From contig OZ316895.1 in assembly GCA_973895155.1 (NCBI GenBank), forward strand, positions 20,598,803 through 20,662,802: a DNA stretch of 64,000 bases, in the 5' to 3' direction. Source of the stretch: Marsupella aquatica. Lineage: Eukaryota > Plantae > Marchantiophyta. The notes under the pieces were generated by a model. It was given only the letters and a program-made list of their open reading frames with translations, was not told where the DNA came from and searched no databases. Positions 11,778 to 24,196 of this stretch are shown here, piece by piece. Position 1 is the stretch's first letter. Every line of letters starts with the position of its first letter. Position numbers and translations under genes: made by a program.

Positions 11778-14700
11778 GTGGGGGACTAAGATGCATGCAC
11801 CTAACTAAGTGGATCTTATACTAAACTAATCAATGGTTAACTAAACCTAGTAAAGCCAAACAACTACAGTTGAGCCTGAGACAATTCCTAACAAGAGATC
11901 CATAAAACTCTCCCTTCTCCAAGATTGTCATTCCCTTTAGGGATAATACTTGAAGACCTGATAAGGATGTAGCTGTTGTAACTAGCATAGACTTACATAT
12001 CAGCTAAGGCATGCTGAAGCCTTTTGGCCTTCCTAGTGTTAGTGGTGCATTTATGTAGAGCAAACAGCTTATCTGAGTCATTAGATCTTACTAGTGAGTA
12101 GCAGCTCTATCTAAGGAGAGAAAATTTCTTAATTTTACATTTGTAATAATAGTTAGTGGAGGAAAAAAATTGGCATTGCAGCATTTAGAAAAAAGGCTGA
12201 TCTCAACCTAGTTGAAACCATGATATAGCATGTTCACCCTCGAACATGCTTTGTTTTCTTGTCTTATAGTGATATGTGTAAGAGATCTAAGTTTTTTACA
12301 GTAAAGTACAATAGTATAAGTAAAGTATTTGTTTTAACAATGAGTGGGATACAAGGCTAGAAGTAAGGCACAAGCAAAAAACACACATAATGATCAAGAA
12401 AAGTACAAATCTTATGGAATAGAGATATTGAATAGTTGTGCACATAAAGTACAATCAATTCAATCAAAACCATAAGTTTAGGAAAAGTAATCATTGTGGG
12501 AACTTAAGACACTAGTTTCCACACTTCTTGGATTTATTTCTCTTGCTCTCGGTAGCAGTTTAAAATTAGTGGTAAAGTATATGCTTAGGATAGCAAAGAT
12601 TAAAAAGTGAAGAGGGGTGCCTAAATGAACTCAAATTACTCTAGGACAGCAAAAAAATTAAGAGGGGTCCCAAAATTCATTCCCAATCTGTATAACACAA
12701 ATGATTCACCTAGGAAATGCACATTAAAATAAAAATATGTGACTGAAAATATGAATAAGACAAAATGTGAAAGGTGGATTCATCATATAGCAGCATCACC
12801 ATTGAAGCCATGATTACCCAGGTTACAAATGGGACCACTCAAGTCTGTCCACACGCTCATTCAAGCCTAGTGTGGTGGTAGAAGTGAGTACTGACAGGGC
12901 AAGGAAGGCAAGATGGGCAAGGCAGGCATGGAGTAACTGGACCCACTGAATTATTATTCTAGAGGATGTCCTTATGTAGAAGTAAGGAATTTTTAAGCAT
13001 TTAACAAAGAGCATCCCTCAGTGGATTCACTTAATTAAGAAATTGTTACCTTGATAATTGTAGTCGGCCCAGATGTAAATATTATTCCACTGCTGTGATA
13101 CTGTCGAAAATTCTCCACTTTTTCTTGCAAGAAAAAATGTGTTTGGAGTTTTTTTATTTTTAATCGCTTGAGCTCGGACATTCTCACTTTTGGGGCTTGT
13201 ATTATTATGTTTAGTTGATGCTAAATTATTGTCACTCAACGTGATAAAATATAACATCAATATTACCATCATTCTTCACTTGACAAGTGAAAGCACTTAT
13301 GCATTCCTTTTTAGAGAGAATTTGATGCACGAGAATGAAGGGATGTGCAGGGAAGAGATGGGGAATGTCTTTACGACTTCTGGATTTCAAATCATTCTTC
13401 CACCAATGGACATCATTCAACATGACACTCTCCTCTTCAGCGAATGGATACCATTTGAAATGCCAGCCGCCAGAGTGTGAGCTCAACAGAGAATTGTCTT
13501 ACATTAGTTACATCACATGGTTATATTCATATTTTAAATATTTCATGGTGACTGTCACACAATCGTATCGAATTGCAGCTTTTTCTGGATAGAAACCATC
13601 AATAGGTTGAGACCTCTATCATTAATGGAGACAAGAACAAGCAACGATCCACAAATAATATTGTAATTTAACCAATTTTATCAACCTGCTAATGATTGAT
13701 AGCATCTGCATTATTAGAGCATCATTTGAATCATTAGGTGACAACTTTGGTGGAGTTGCAATGACAGGTCCACACTTGAGCACTCAACCCCTAGCTTAGC
13801 GACTGCCCAGAAACCCCAAAAGATTAGCATCCTGGGTGTGGAGCTTCCATTGCACACAATATGCTTCACTTTTCTCCTTACAAAGAAAGAATATGTCAGG
13901 CAGATTGCAATAAGCAATTTCTCAGTACTGTGATTACAAGTCAAGATCCTGCATGTAACTGTGCATGTAACTGTATCTGGGCAACTTCTGAGACACATGA
14001 ACTATTCTATCCTTGAAGGTGCATATGGATCTGTCTAGATGTCCATCTGGCATTTCCTGCTATGCCAGTAATCACACATCAAAATGTGATAATATAAGGT
14101 GTGCACTCATTGAGTTAAAAACAATAACAAACAAATTATGGTATGTACATGTCGTACACCTTATATGTCTTATTTTGATGTGCAGTTACCGGGAACTCAT
14201 TTCCTGGGGTAGCACAAATTAGTGTTCCGGCAATAGCAAGCGTGCCATTAACATGGAATGACAAGATTCTATACCCTACCAGATGTGCCACTAGATCTGG
14301 TTGTTGCAAAGCTAGAATGAGGATCAGTGATCTAGACGCTCATCTGGTCTCCTTCATGAACAATAATATATAGTGGTCAAGATAAGCTTCTGATCAGTGA
14401 GGTAAGCACAAGAAAAACAGCCTTGCCTATATGTTATATGACATTGATCTGCTCCAAGCTGAAACCTATTCAAGAAGTGGTGACTGTGAAGAAACATGCC
14501 GAGGGCCAACTGAACAAAATGACTGAAATAAACAGCTTGATCCACATAATTATTTCAGGAAGAAGTGAAGTCTTATGTTACCTCACGTTTGTTTGATAGT
14601 TAAATCATATTCCATCCATTCCACAAGAAAAACCCGTTCACTTGGGAGCTCCTGAATGGAAAAATTTCCTTCAATATTCAAGATGTTATGTAAGGAACCC

Positions 14701-16111
14701 ATGATGAATTTAAACAGGTCAAAAGCTTCCTTTGGACAACAACTGTTATCCAAGCTAGAGTGCAAGTGATAATCAAGCAATGTGTGTTTAGTTTTGAGCT
14801 CAAAGACCAATTGCTGTGATCCAACTCAATTGAGGTGTTCGCTTGATGGACCCCCAAACCAAACTCTTTTCCCCAACCAACCCATAAGGTTTTGGATAAG
14901 TTGATTTAAGGTCTTTCAACCATCTAGATCACTCACGGGTCTTCTTACATAACTAATTTTTCTTGTTTGTGACCAATAGTGCTAATGTGAATCCACATGC
15001 TTCCAGAAATTTTGGAATGAGATTCCCATGGGTTCCATACAAATCAGATTGACCTAAAACTACAATTGTCCATTTTCAAATCCAGGTCTCTTAGCAAAGT
15101 AAAAGGTGAACAAAAAAGTGACTACTCTATCCTCCCACAACTCTGGGACAATGACGGTTCAGAAGGAGCAATTTTTGTTATAGAAATATCGGAGGTTTTT
15201 TTTTTTGGGGGGGGGGAGGAAAGGAAAACCCAACCTGGGGAGCAAGGTCATGCAACTGGCCCAGCCACTTGGGGGAGGGAGGAGGAAACCCTTTTCACAT
15301 TGAAAGCACGAATTAATTATAGATTATAAGAAAGATCCTAAAAAGTGCATAAGCCATAGCTCCCAAACCAAGGTGTCATGATTGGAACTAGAGGAGTGGA
15401 TAACTAGTAAGAGTACTGGATCATAGGTCCATAATCGAAAGGCATTTTTCAATGACAAGCTTCTGAGTAACAGTGGGTTTTCAGTCCTTGAGATTAAAAC
15501 CTATCGGTTGTGCTTCAACAGAATCAACACACTAGATAGTCAAACATTGATTAATGTTCAAGCCCCCAAGCGCTTGCTTGTCCACTCTTGCTTGGTGGCA
15601 ACTGATCTTGGTCTTTCTTGGAACAGAAGTTTAGGATGGGGTTTAGGGTTTATTCCTGATGCTTTAGATCTCAACTTCCCAATAACTTTGCATAGAGTCT
15701 ATCTCCCATACCTACTACTACCTGATTATGTCCACTCACAATAATTTATTTGTTGGGAAATTTTGTCCCACAACTTATGCGAACGTAATGATTTCCCATA
15801 AGTTGGCAAAATTATGGGAAATCATTACGTTCGCAAACAAGTGTGTGATACAAGGGATACCTTTAACACTTATTTCAGCAGGGTATGGTACACCTAAAGA
15901 CCTCAAAGAGACTTACAAAACCACACCAAAAAGTCAAACCTTGTATGAATAAGAATACACAAGTTTTGTGTGCCTACTATGCACTGAAATAGTCCCAGTC
16001 CCAATATGACTGTCTCGGGAATCCTGTTTATACATAGACCTTGAACATACATAGGTTGTCAATCGCATTTTGCAGCATAGATAGTAGACAGTTGAGGTAC
16101 TAATTCAATGA

Positions 16112-16211
16112 GAGGGATTTGTTTAATCGACCCTCTCCTGCAAAACTTTTACTTAATCAACCCCCTCCAAACTTTTTTTCCCCAATCGACCCCCTCTTTA
16201 TGACCCGTACA
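16112..16211 (+). repeat. Left TIR of the MULE
   Basis: GAGGGATTTGTTTAATCGACCCTCTCCTG...TGACCCGTACA is the reverse complement of 24786-24885; contains three AATC(G/A)ACCC motifs. Confidence 0.97.
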
Positions 16212-16812
16212 GAATGTTCTTATAAAAGCTCTTATACCGTGCGCTTTTCGGTTAGAAGCACCAAACTGGGTGGATTGTGACTGCATGCCTCAACCACGAA
16301 CTATGCAAGCCTCAACCACGAACCATGCAAATATTTGACAGTGAACCGCGCCCGTTACCGGGGCTCGAACTGAGTGCAGGAAACATTGTGGAGGCATGTC
16401 ACTTCTTCTTGCGCCGCCTGTACGTCGACATTAGGGCTTTTGAAATTTGAAGACATTCATGTCAATGTTTTCACAATGAAACCTCGTCTTTTGCAATATT
16501 CTCTCATTACATCGTTTTCATTCATTCATGCAAGAACGGCGACGAGACTTTCACGAGGCGCACGCACCTGCCAGATTCGATTGCACAGGAAAGCAAGGTA
16601 CTGTTGTGCAGATAGTTGAAATCTAGATGTCAGTTTTTGGAACGTGTAAGGAGACAACGCCATTTCCAAGAACGTGTAAGCTAAGGAAATGATGTCAGTT
16701 CATGGCCTGCAGAGTTGGCATGTGGTTGAGTTTGGATTGTTGACCTTTCCTTTCTTCATGTTTTGACAAGACTAACCTCTGCCCTTTACTGATGCGCACA
16801 TTGAAGTACAGG

Positions 16813-19800
16813 ATGGCAGGGGATGTAAGTGAACTCAATCTTTGGCGTAGAGGGGATGTTTGTGAAGTGGACATCCCCGATTCTGATAGGCAATCACCAC
16901 AAAGAGCTAGGTGGGTCCCCGGTTCACATAGGCAATCACCACAAAGAGCTGCGCGGGTCCCCGATTCACATAGGCAATCACCACAAAGAGCTACGAGGGT
17001 CCCCGATTCACATAGGCAATCACCAGAAAGAGCTAGGCGGGGAACGACCAGAAGACATCTAAAAAATCTGACATTAATCCTGGATGGGAAGAGTCCTGAA
17101 GAAGGTGAATGATATTTATATGCAAGTTGCTGTTGTGTATGCTATATGAATTGCCATAGATCATAAGGCTGTTGATTTCAACTTCCATGGCTTACTGTTT
17201 GAGGTTCCATTGGAAGATGTTGTCGTTGGATTATAGCACTACTCTCTAAAGATCGATGTTGCACCTAAAGACGTTCTCCATTATGTCTTCACATTCTAGT
17301 ATTCTATAATACTCTTTGCAGTGGAAGCAGAGGCAGCTCGCATTCAATTGGGCGAGCGTTTTAGCAATTTTCATGATTTTGATAGATGTCTGGACTCATG
17401 GGCTGTCATGCATGGCCGGGTAGTGTATAGACTTAAAACTTTCTCCAATTTTTGAACAAGGGTCTGTCGATTTAGTAAAATTGTTCATCAACATAAAAGT
17501 AAGTCAAGTGGTGACATCAGACCCGGGCCAGACAGTCTTCAATGCAGTGGTAGTTCAGAAGATGAAGATGAAGATATCCATGGAGTGGATGATGATGATC
17601 AAGATGAACTAGATTGGCACTATGATAGTCGTTATGGTGAGTATAGTGGGTTCCGTGAGAAGGGTATGACATCTGAACCAAAGAGGATAGGAAGGACACA
17701 CAATGCACATGCACAGCCATTACTCACAGCGGAAGAGGTAAAGTTTGTCAGGAATCCTAACCTGTATCATTCTGTTTTCTTTTCACGATTTTACAAATGT
17801 AATACTTGTACACTATATATTCATGATATCCTTGTGTTCCCACTGCAGTTGGAAGACCGAGAATTTCAAATTGCTATTCAACAGATGGCAGGATCAAATA
17901 ATCATTCTGGGATAGGTGTTCTCACAAATATTCCACGGGTAATGTCTTTGTATACCTCAACCACAATGTCTTCTTTGTGTTCCATGACAATTTTTATGTA
18001 TACAATTACATCAATGTCTTCTTCCCTTTGTTTTGTATACATCGACACCACTGTCTTTTGTGTTTCCATATACAGTAGCATGAATTTCTTCTGTGTGTAT
18101 TGCAATAGCAGGTTCGTGCACCGCTTGGACCTCTGGACCCAAATACTCTCCAGAGGAACACAACCGTGGCAAAGAAACCACGCACAATAGTTCAGCGTAG
18201 CAGTGTGTGGCTACCTGGGTCACATGCCCCAAGGCACAACCCTGATACAATAAAAATGAGGAACCCATCAGCCACAGGAGTGTGCGGGGAGTTGTCTAGA
18301 TTTAGGCCACCTCCAGAGTACAATGAAGAAGGTTTTGATTGTTTACCCTACTGCCCATTTAGGGTCCGTTGTCATAGGCAGGCGCATAGCGGGGCGCATA
18401 TCATTACCGTGTGTGATTTGAAACACACTTGCCCAACTTCAAAACACAAGTGGAGGGGCCCTACACAAAAAGCAGTGTGGTTGGGAGACACATTGGCACC
18501 TAGAGTATGTAGAAATCTAAAGGTGCCTGTGAAGGAACTGTTGTGCGGGTTTCAGGGGGGCTACAAAAAAAACAGTACTTACCACCAGATGTGGCGAGCA
18601 AAAGACTATGTACGGGATTTGCATCTTGGTGGGCAAGAGGATACCTTTCAGATGATTCCAGCGCTCATTGCCAGGGTGAGAGAGACTGACCCTGGTGTAG
18701 TGGCTGTGTGGTCCACTATGGGAGACTCCATAGTTTTCTGCCGAGCATTCATTTGCCCATCAGCTACACAAAAAGCATGCAGCTTTATTCAGCCTCTAGT
18801 TTCTCTTGATGCATGTCATACAAAGAATAGGAAGTACCCCACTCAACTGTTCTTAGCTACTGTTTGGATGGAAATGGACAAGGGCTGATTTTGTGTTATG
18901 GAGTAGCTCCAGTGGAGAATACTGAGAATTGGATCTGGTTCCTTGAATTAGTTGATAGATCCTTGTACGGCATTGAGTTGCCTAACATGCCACTCATATC
19001 AGACCGACAGAAAGGCCTACTTGCCGCTGTGAGTTATGTGTGGCCAGGTAAGATACATGCAACATGTGCAAACCACCTGAGAGCAAATGTCAAGAACAGG
19101 CATGGGAAAGCAGCAGCAGACATTTTAACAGGATGCATATATGCCAATGATGAAAAACAGTAAGTCCAAAAACCTTCATTGCTTTCATTCTACAGCAAAC
19201 ACTACTGTCTTCTTGTGTATACACCACATACTCGGTGTTCAATACACTAATATTACCTCTCCTCGAATACATAATGTGAAGTATGCAAACACACAAATGT
19301 CTTCTTTGTTGATTGTATACATTAACATCAATATTTTCCCCCTGTGCACCTGTATCAGATATGAAGCATGTTTGAAGCGGCTGACAGAGTCCAAGAACGC
19401 ATATGAGAATGAGAAGGCTGCAGACTACATCAGAAGTTTTGATGTGAAACTTTATGCTAGGCATGCCTTTCCACTTCCCCGCATGGCAAAGGTTACAAGC
19501 AACCCTGCTGAGCAAGCAAATTCAGGCTTACTCCCCTTGCGCGAATTTTCTCCTTGCAAGTTGATGGAGCGCATGTGGGTATATGTTCAACAAAAGTTTA
19601 AAGAAAGGAAAGCAGTTGCGTTACCTAGACAGGAAGTACTCACTATTCCAGCCCTGGTCAGGTACAACAAGAATCTCAAGACATTTGGTCAATGGCAGGT
19701 AAGCTTCATTCCTGGTCTTGGGTATGCATAACTACCAACGTCTTTTGTATACTGTAACATGAATGTCTTCTTACTAACTATGTTTTTAATATGATTCCTT

Positions 19801-20818
19801 ATAGCCAGGTTCTCACATGCTCAGGTATTTGATGATGGTGCGTCCACAGCCAAGGTTCAAACTACATCACAGAGTGAGGAGTACCTAGTATCGCTATCAC
19901 CAAAGAAGCGTTGCACTTGTTGGGAGCTGCAAGAGATGGTGTGGCCATGTGAGCATATAATGGGATGGGATGACCAGGAAGGCAGAAACTTTTCTGCTCA
20001 TTTTCATAGATGTTGGCGGACTGCTTCAATTAGGGCTTTGTATGACAATGGTTTACCTAGCTTTATTGTATCAGACTTAATGCCAAGTCCAAATTGTGTA
20101 GCTCCTGCGGCTGCTGTGAAAAGAGGCAGGCATAGAATGGTGAGAATTGAACAGGGTCATGGAGGGGGGAGGCATCCACCCAGGGCTCTTGGAGAAGGCC
20201 AAGATTCTGTAATTGACTCCCTTGGACAACTCTTCTTGAGATATCCACTAGATGATGATCCTAACATGGTGGAACCCTTTCCAACAGCAAACACTATTGT
20301 TGGACTTCCAATTGTTCAAGTTCAATCGAGGGCAAAGAAAGTCGGGCCTAACACTGGGAAGAGCAAGTGTAGTAAGTGTGGGCAGGTTGGACACAACCAA
20401 AGATCTTGTGATAAACTCCATAGTGCAACGCCGACAAATCCGCCAATAGTAAGAATCCTGTGTGTATCATTAGTTGTGGGGATAAGTTCATGTGTGGTCT
20501 CATGCTAGGGTCTTATTTTCAAACTGCCTTGATATGCAGGTGGATAATAGTGGTCAACGGGATGTGGAGCACCCACCTATGTCACCCTTTGCTTGGGAAG
20601 AAGAACTACTCCAGACTGAATATAGTATTGTATCGACAGCACCAACATCTGGCATTGGACAAATTCAGAGCACTGTATCTGAGCCCCTTCTGCCAAATAG
20701 TGAACAACAATTGCCACAAGCTTTCATTGATAGGTGCATGGAGCTGGCAAATGAGGCTGCAATAGAGTGTGAGACATTTGGGTCACAATATCATGTTGAT
20801 ATTACTGAACCTCATTAG
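16813..20818 (+). pseudogene. mudrA: MURA-like transposase, 7 predicted exons (16813-17104, 17322-17737, 17849-17938, 18112-19159, 19359-19698, 19825-20448, 20540-20818), ~1030 codons; premature TGA at 17453-17455 and a 1-bp deletion near 18864
   Basis: All introns are GT-AG and frame-preserving. Motifs: IQLGERF (N-terminal DNA-binding region), CPFRVRC...HTC, DDE core LDACH / SDRQKG / CANH / TSNPAE, SWIM CTC...WPCEH, zinc knuckle CSKCGQVGHNQRSC. The frame changes at LATV/(L)DGNG. Confidence 0.93.
16874..17045 (+). repeat. 42-bp in-frame tandem repeat (4 copies) in transposase exon 1
   Basis: TCCCCGATTCACATAGGCAATCACCACAAAGAGCT... x4, encoding PDSHRQSPQRAxRV-like units. Confidence 0.92.
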
Positions 20819-20902
20819 TATCCTGTTTCTTTGGTTGGCTTCAAAATAGACTCTATTCACATGTTCAATTTTTCCACCATTATTCTGTCATGTGTACACC
20901 AC

Positions 20903-21050
20903 GTCCATGTTGTCTTCCCGGTTCTCTTCCATCCTTGCACTTGGAGACCACTTCCATGTTGTCTTCCCGATTCTCTTCCATCCTTGCACTTGGAGACCAC
21001 TTCCATGTTGTCTCCCGATTCTCTTCCATCCTTGCACTTGGAGACCACTT
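20903..21050. repeat. 48-49-bp tandem repeat (3 copies) between the 3' ends of the two MULE genes
   Basis: CCATGTTGTCT(T)CCCG(A/G)TTCTCTTCCATCCTTGCACTTGGAGACCACTT x3. Confidence 0.92.
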
Positions 21051-21060
21051 TCAGGTTGTC

Positions 21061-21605
21061 GAATGAAGTAGTAGGATTGGAGTGCACGTCGAAGACAATG
21101 AGATTCATATATTCAGACATTGCAAAGCAAGTCCGCCAACTAATTCACATCAAAGACTAAGGCAGACCTGGGAGAGGTTGGTTGACGTTGGAGCGGCCGG
21201 TGCTGCTGCTTGTGCTGGTGGGTCCATTCTTACAGCCCTTCCCCTTCCCCTTCTTCCCTAGAATGAAGTAGTAGGATTGGAGTGCACGTCGAAGACAATG
21301 AGATTCATGTATTCAGACATTGCAAAGCAACTCCGCCAACTAATTCACATCAAAGACTAAGGCAGACCTGGGAGAGGTTGGTTGACATTGGAGCGGCCGG
21401 TGCTGCTGCTTGTGCTGGTGGGTCCATTCTTACAACCCTTCCCCTTCCCCTTCTTCCCTAGAATGAAGTAGTAGGATTGGAGTGCACGCCGAAGACAATG
21501 AGATTCATGTATTCAGACATTGCAAAGCAACTCCGCCAACCAATTCACATCAAAGACTAAGGCAGACCTGGGAGGGGTTGGTTGACGTTGGAGCGGCCGG
21601 TGCTC
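21061..21605. repeat. 200-bp tandem repeat (~2.7 copies); each unit is a 90-nt exon plus a 110-nt intron of MULE gene 2
   Basis: GAATGAAGTAGTAGGATTGGAGTGCACG recurs at 21061, 21261 and 21461; copies are near-identical. Confidence 0.95.
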
Positions 21606-23585
21606 CTTCTCCTATTGGTGATGGGGACTCCACCGCTATAGTCCCTCCTCCCTGCAATGCAAAAAGATATCGAAATACAAGGAGGGTCATGTATTCAGGA
21701 TGTGCAAAGAGAGCAAAGAAATTCTGAAAGCAATTTCAGCAAAAGAATGAAAGCTAACATGGATGTTTTGTGGTGCTGATGCTGATGCTGATGCTATGGA
21801 CTTAGGGAAGGTCTCCATATGTACACTCCCTCCTCCCTACAATGTAAACAATGCTTAATCATATCCGAATACATTGAGGGTCATGTATTGAAGATGTGGA
21901 AAGGAATTCTGCAAGCACTTGAAGCAAAGGAATGAAAGCTGACATGGGAGGGGTTGGGCTCAAGTGCAGGGGCTGGTGCTTCTGGGTCTGGGGCTGGTGG
22001 TGCTGCTGCTGCTACGAACTGAGGGATAGTGTCCACTACTGCATCCCCACATTCCTGCAAATCAATAAACAAAATGCTTAGGGGAATTTGAATATGTTGA
22101 GGCTCATGTATTGAGGATCTGCAATGAAATTCCAGAAGTAATTGAAGCAAACAAAGTAAGGATGAGTCCTTTACCTCTCCATACGCTTCCAAGATATTTT
22201 GGAGACTTGTAAGCACTTCGGCCTGTTGTGAAAGGTTCAGGCCATTATCTTGATGAACATCCTCAAGAGGAAGCTGAATAGGATCCACAACAGGATCCTC
22301 AGCAGGATCCTCAACATCATGAATAGGATCCTCAACATCTTTAACATTAGGAGGATCCTGAATATGTGAAGGATCCTCATCACCACTAACTTGAACATCC
22401 TGAACGACCTCAAGCGGATTTGAGACAAGAGACGGGTCCTGGATGTCATTACTCCGAACAGGTTCAGATACAACATGAGTGTCACTATCACTGTCATTTA
22501 CCAACAGACCCCACTTCTCAGGCCCAGGCTCATAATCGCTGCCATCGGATGTGTCCTCCCACTCTTCATTGATTCCAGCCTACACAAAATGGAGAGAGTT
22601 TCAGAATGTAATGTACAGACAAGAAGCAAACATTGCAGGAAGCAAAATCAAATGTTGATACCTCCTTTCTTGCGGCCGAATCAGTCATTCCCCGACTTTT
22701 GTACTCTTGCAGCAAATTGTTGGTGGCCTTGGCTATACTGATGGGCTTCTGCTAATCTTTCCACTCACTATAATCCTCATATGCAGCTTCAAAATCAACT
22801 TCTTTAGGGCCGTGTTTCCATTGCAGAAGTGCTCGCTTTTTACTGAGGTAGTTAAGAGCATCTGAGATAAGAGCCTCTCGAATGTCATCATATTGCATGA
22901 GCTCTGGAGGTTGCACCTCCACATCTGGCCGGGGGAAAATGCATGGCAAGACACTACAATCTAGTTGAAGTGCCTGCAACTTGTGATCTTTGGGTAGCAC
23001 TACCGGCAATGCTCGAATTGAAGCAACCCAACGACACAGGAGAGGAGTAATTGCAGTAGCTGAAACTGAGTCTTGCAACATCTCATATAAACTGTCATCC
23101 AACAAGGATGACCAACCCTCCTCCTTTCCACGTATGTGCACTTCCTTCATTAGACGAACAAACAAAGACTTTGCAGGAACAAGTGGCTCATCCGCAGCAA
23201 CACCATACTTCCTCTTCAACAATGCCTTCTTCCGCAACTTTGTCTGTTTCCACCGAAGCCGCACAGTGGATCTAAGTCGCTTCCAAGATGCCTCATTGCT
23301 GTCCTTCCTCACATTTGGCCTAGGGGCCAAATGTTTTTTGGCAATCCGAGTGGAGAAGTCCAATTTTGAGGACAACCAAGGTTTGCCCGCCTCCACTAAT
23401 GCAGGTGGCAACACCAAGTTGTGCGTGAAGTCCATGTGGGTTTGAAAACCAGCAAAAGACAAAAATGACCGAGCCTTGTGAGCACCTGCAATGCAGACAA
23501 ACACGTGCTTGCCATTGGCATCAACACGATGCCGGAAGTGATCATCTTCCTTCGCTACCTCAATTACTCTGACTGGTGGCGCCAT
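21168..23585 (-). pseudogene. Second MULE-encoded gene of unknown function; predicted coding exons 23585-22662, 22579-22175, 22054-21944, 21836-21759, 21651-21568, 21457-21368, 21257-21168 (594 codons or more; terminal exon unresolved); one in-frame TAG at 22752-22754
   Basis: Long ORFs at 22752-23723 and 21881-22504 join via six phase-0 GT-AG introns. The frame stays open for 30 codons past the TAG up to a donor site. N-terminal FVC-x4-H-x4-F-x8-H-x4-H motif, K/R-rich segment, D/E/P-rich segment, A/P-rich repeats. Confidence 0.8.
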
Positions 23586-24196
23586 GGATAATGAGCAGCT
23601 ACCTTGGTTGGCCTCAAAATCAAACCCAACCTCTCCAACCAATGCCCTTGAATTGTGTCTTGTGCTGCAAAAGTGGAATACACAGATGTAATGGTATTCG
23701 AACAATACAAAACAGAGAGACATTCATGTCATGGTATTCCAAGAATGCGGATGCAGTCGAACAGGAAGACAATCATGGTATTCAAAAAATGACAAGAACA
23801 AGGAGACCAAATGATAATGTGTACATACGTAATTGAAGTTCACAGTCTAATCTCCATAGTCACGTCCTATGCTTATGCTTGCCACCACCTTCAATTCAAG
23901 CCTGAAAAATTCAATCCACAATGCGGGAACATTCATTCAAAAAAATTTATTCACAAAATGCATACATTTTAGAATCAATTTGGTATTCTGAATACTGACA
24001 ACCAGAAGAACACTCGTTGTTGCCTCAGTTCACTTGGTCCTGAGCTGTTGCCTCCCTCAGTTCACTAGGTCCTTGTGTGGATGTACTGCAAGTGATTAGG
24101 CAGACTTTCAACAAAATTAAAATTGCATAGTACAGTTCCAAGCGGTGGCTACAATGTGCGTGCTTTAAGAAGAAGGATGACAATGAATGTCACCCA

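Noticed and set aside
12820-14810. Exon-like patches on the minus strand, including a faintly PPR-like PKEAFDLFKF
   Set aside because: Could not assemble a spliced ORF or a repeated motif; similarity too weak.
22990-23445. 151-aa plus-strand ORF inside the MULE
   Set aside because: Antisense shadow of gene 2 exon 1.
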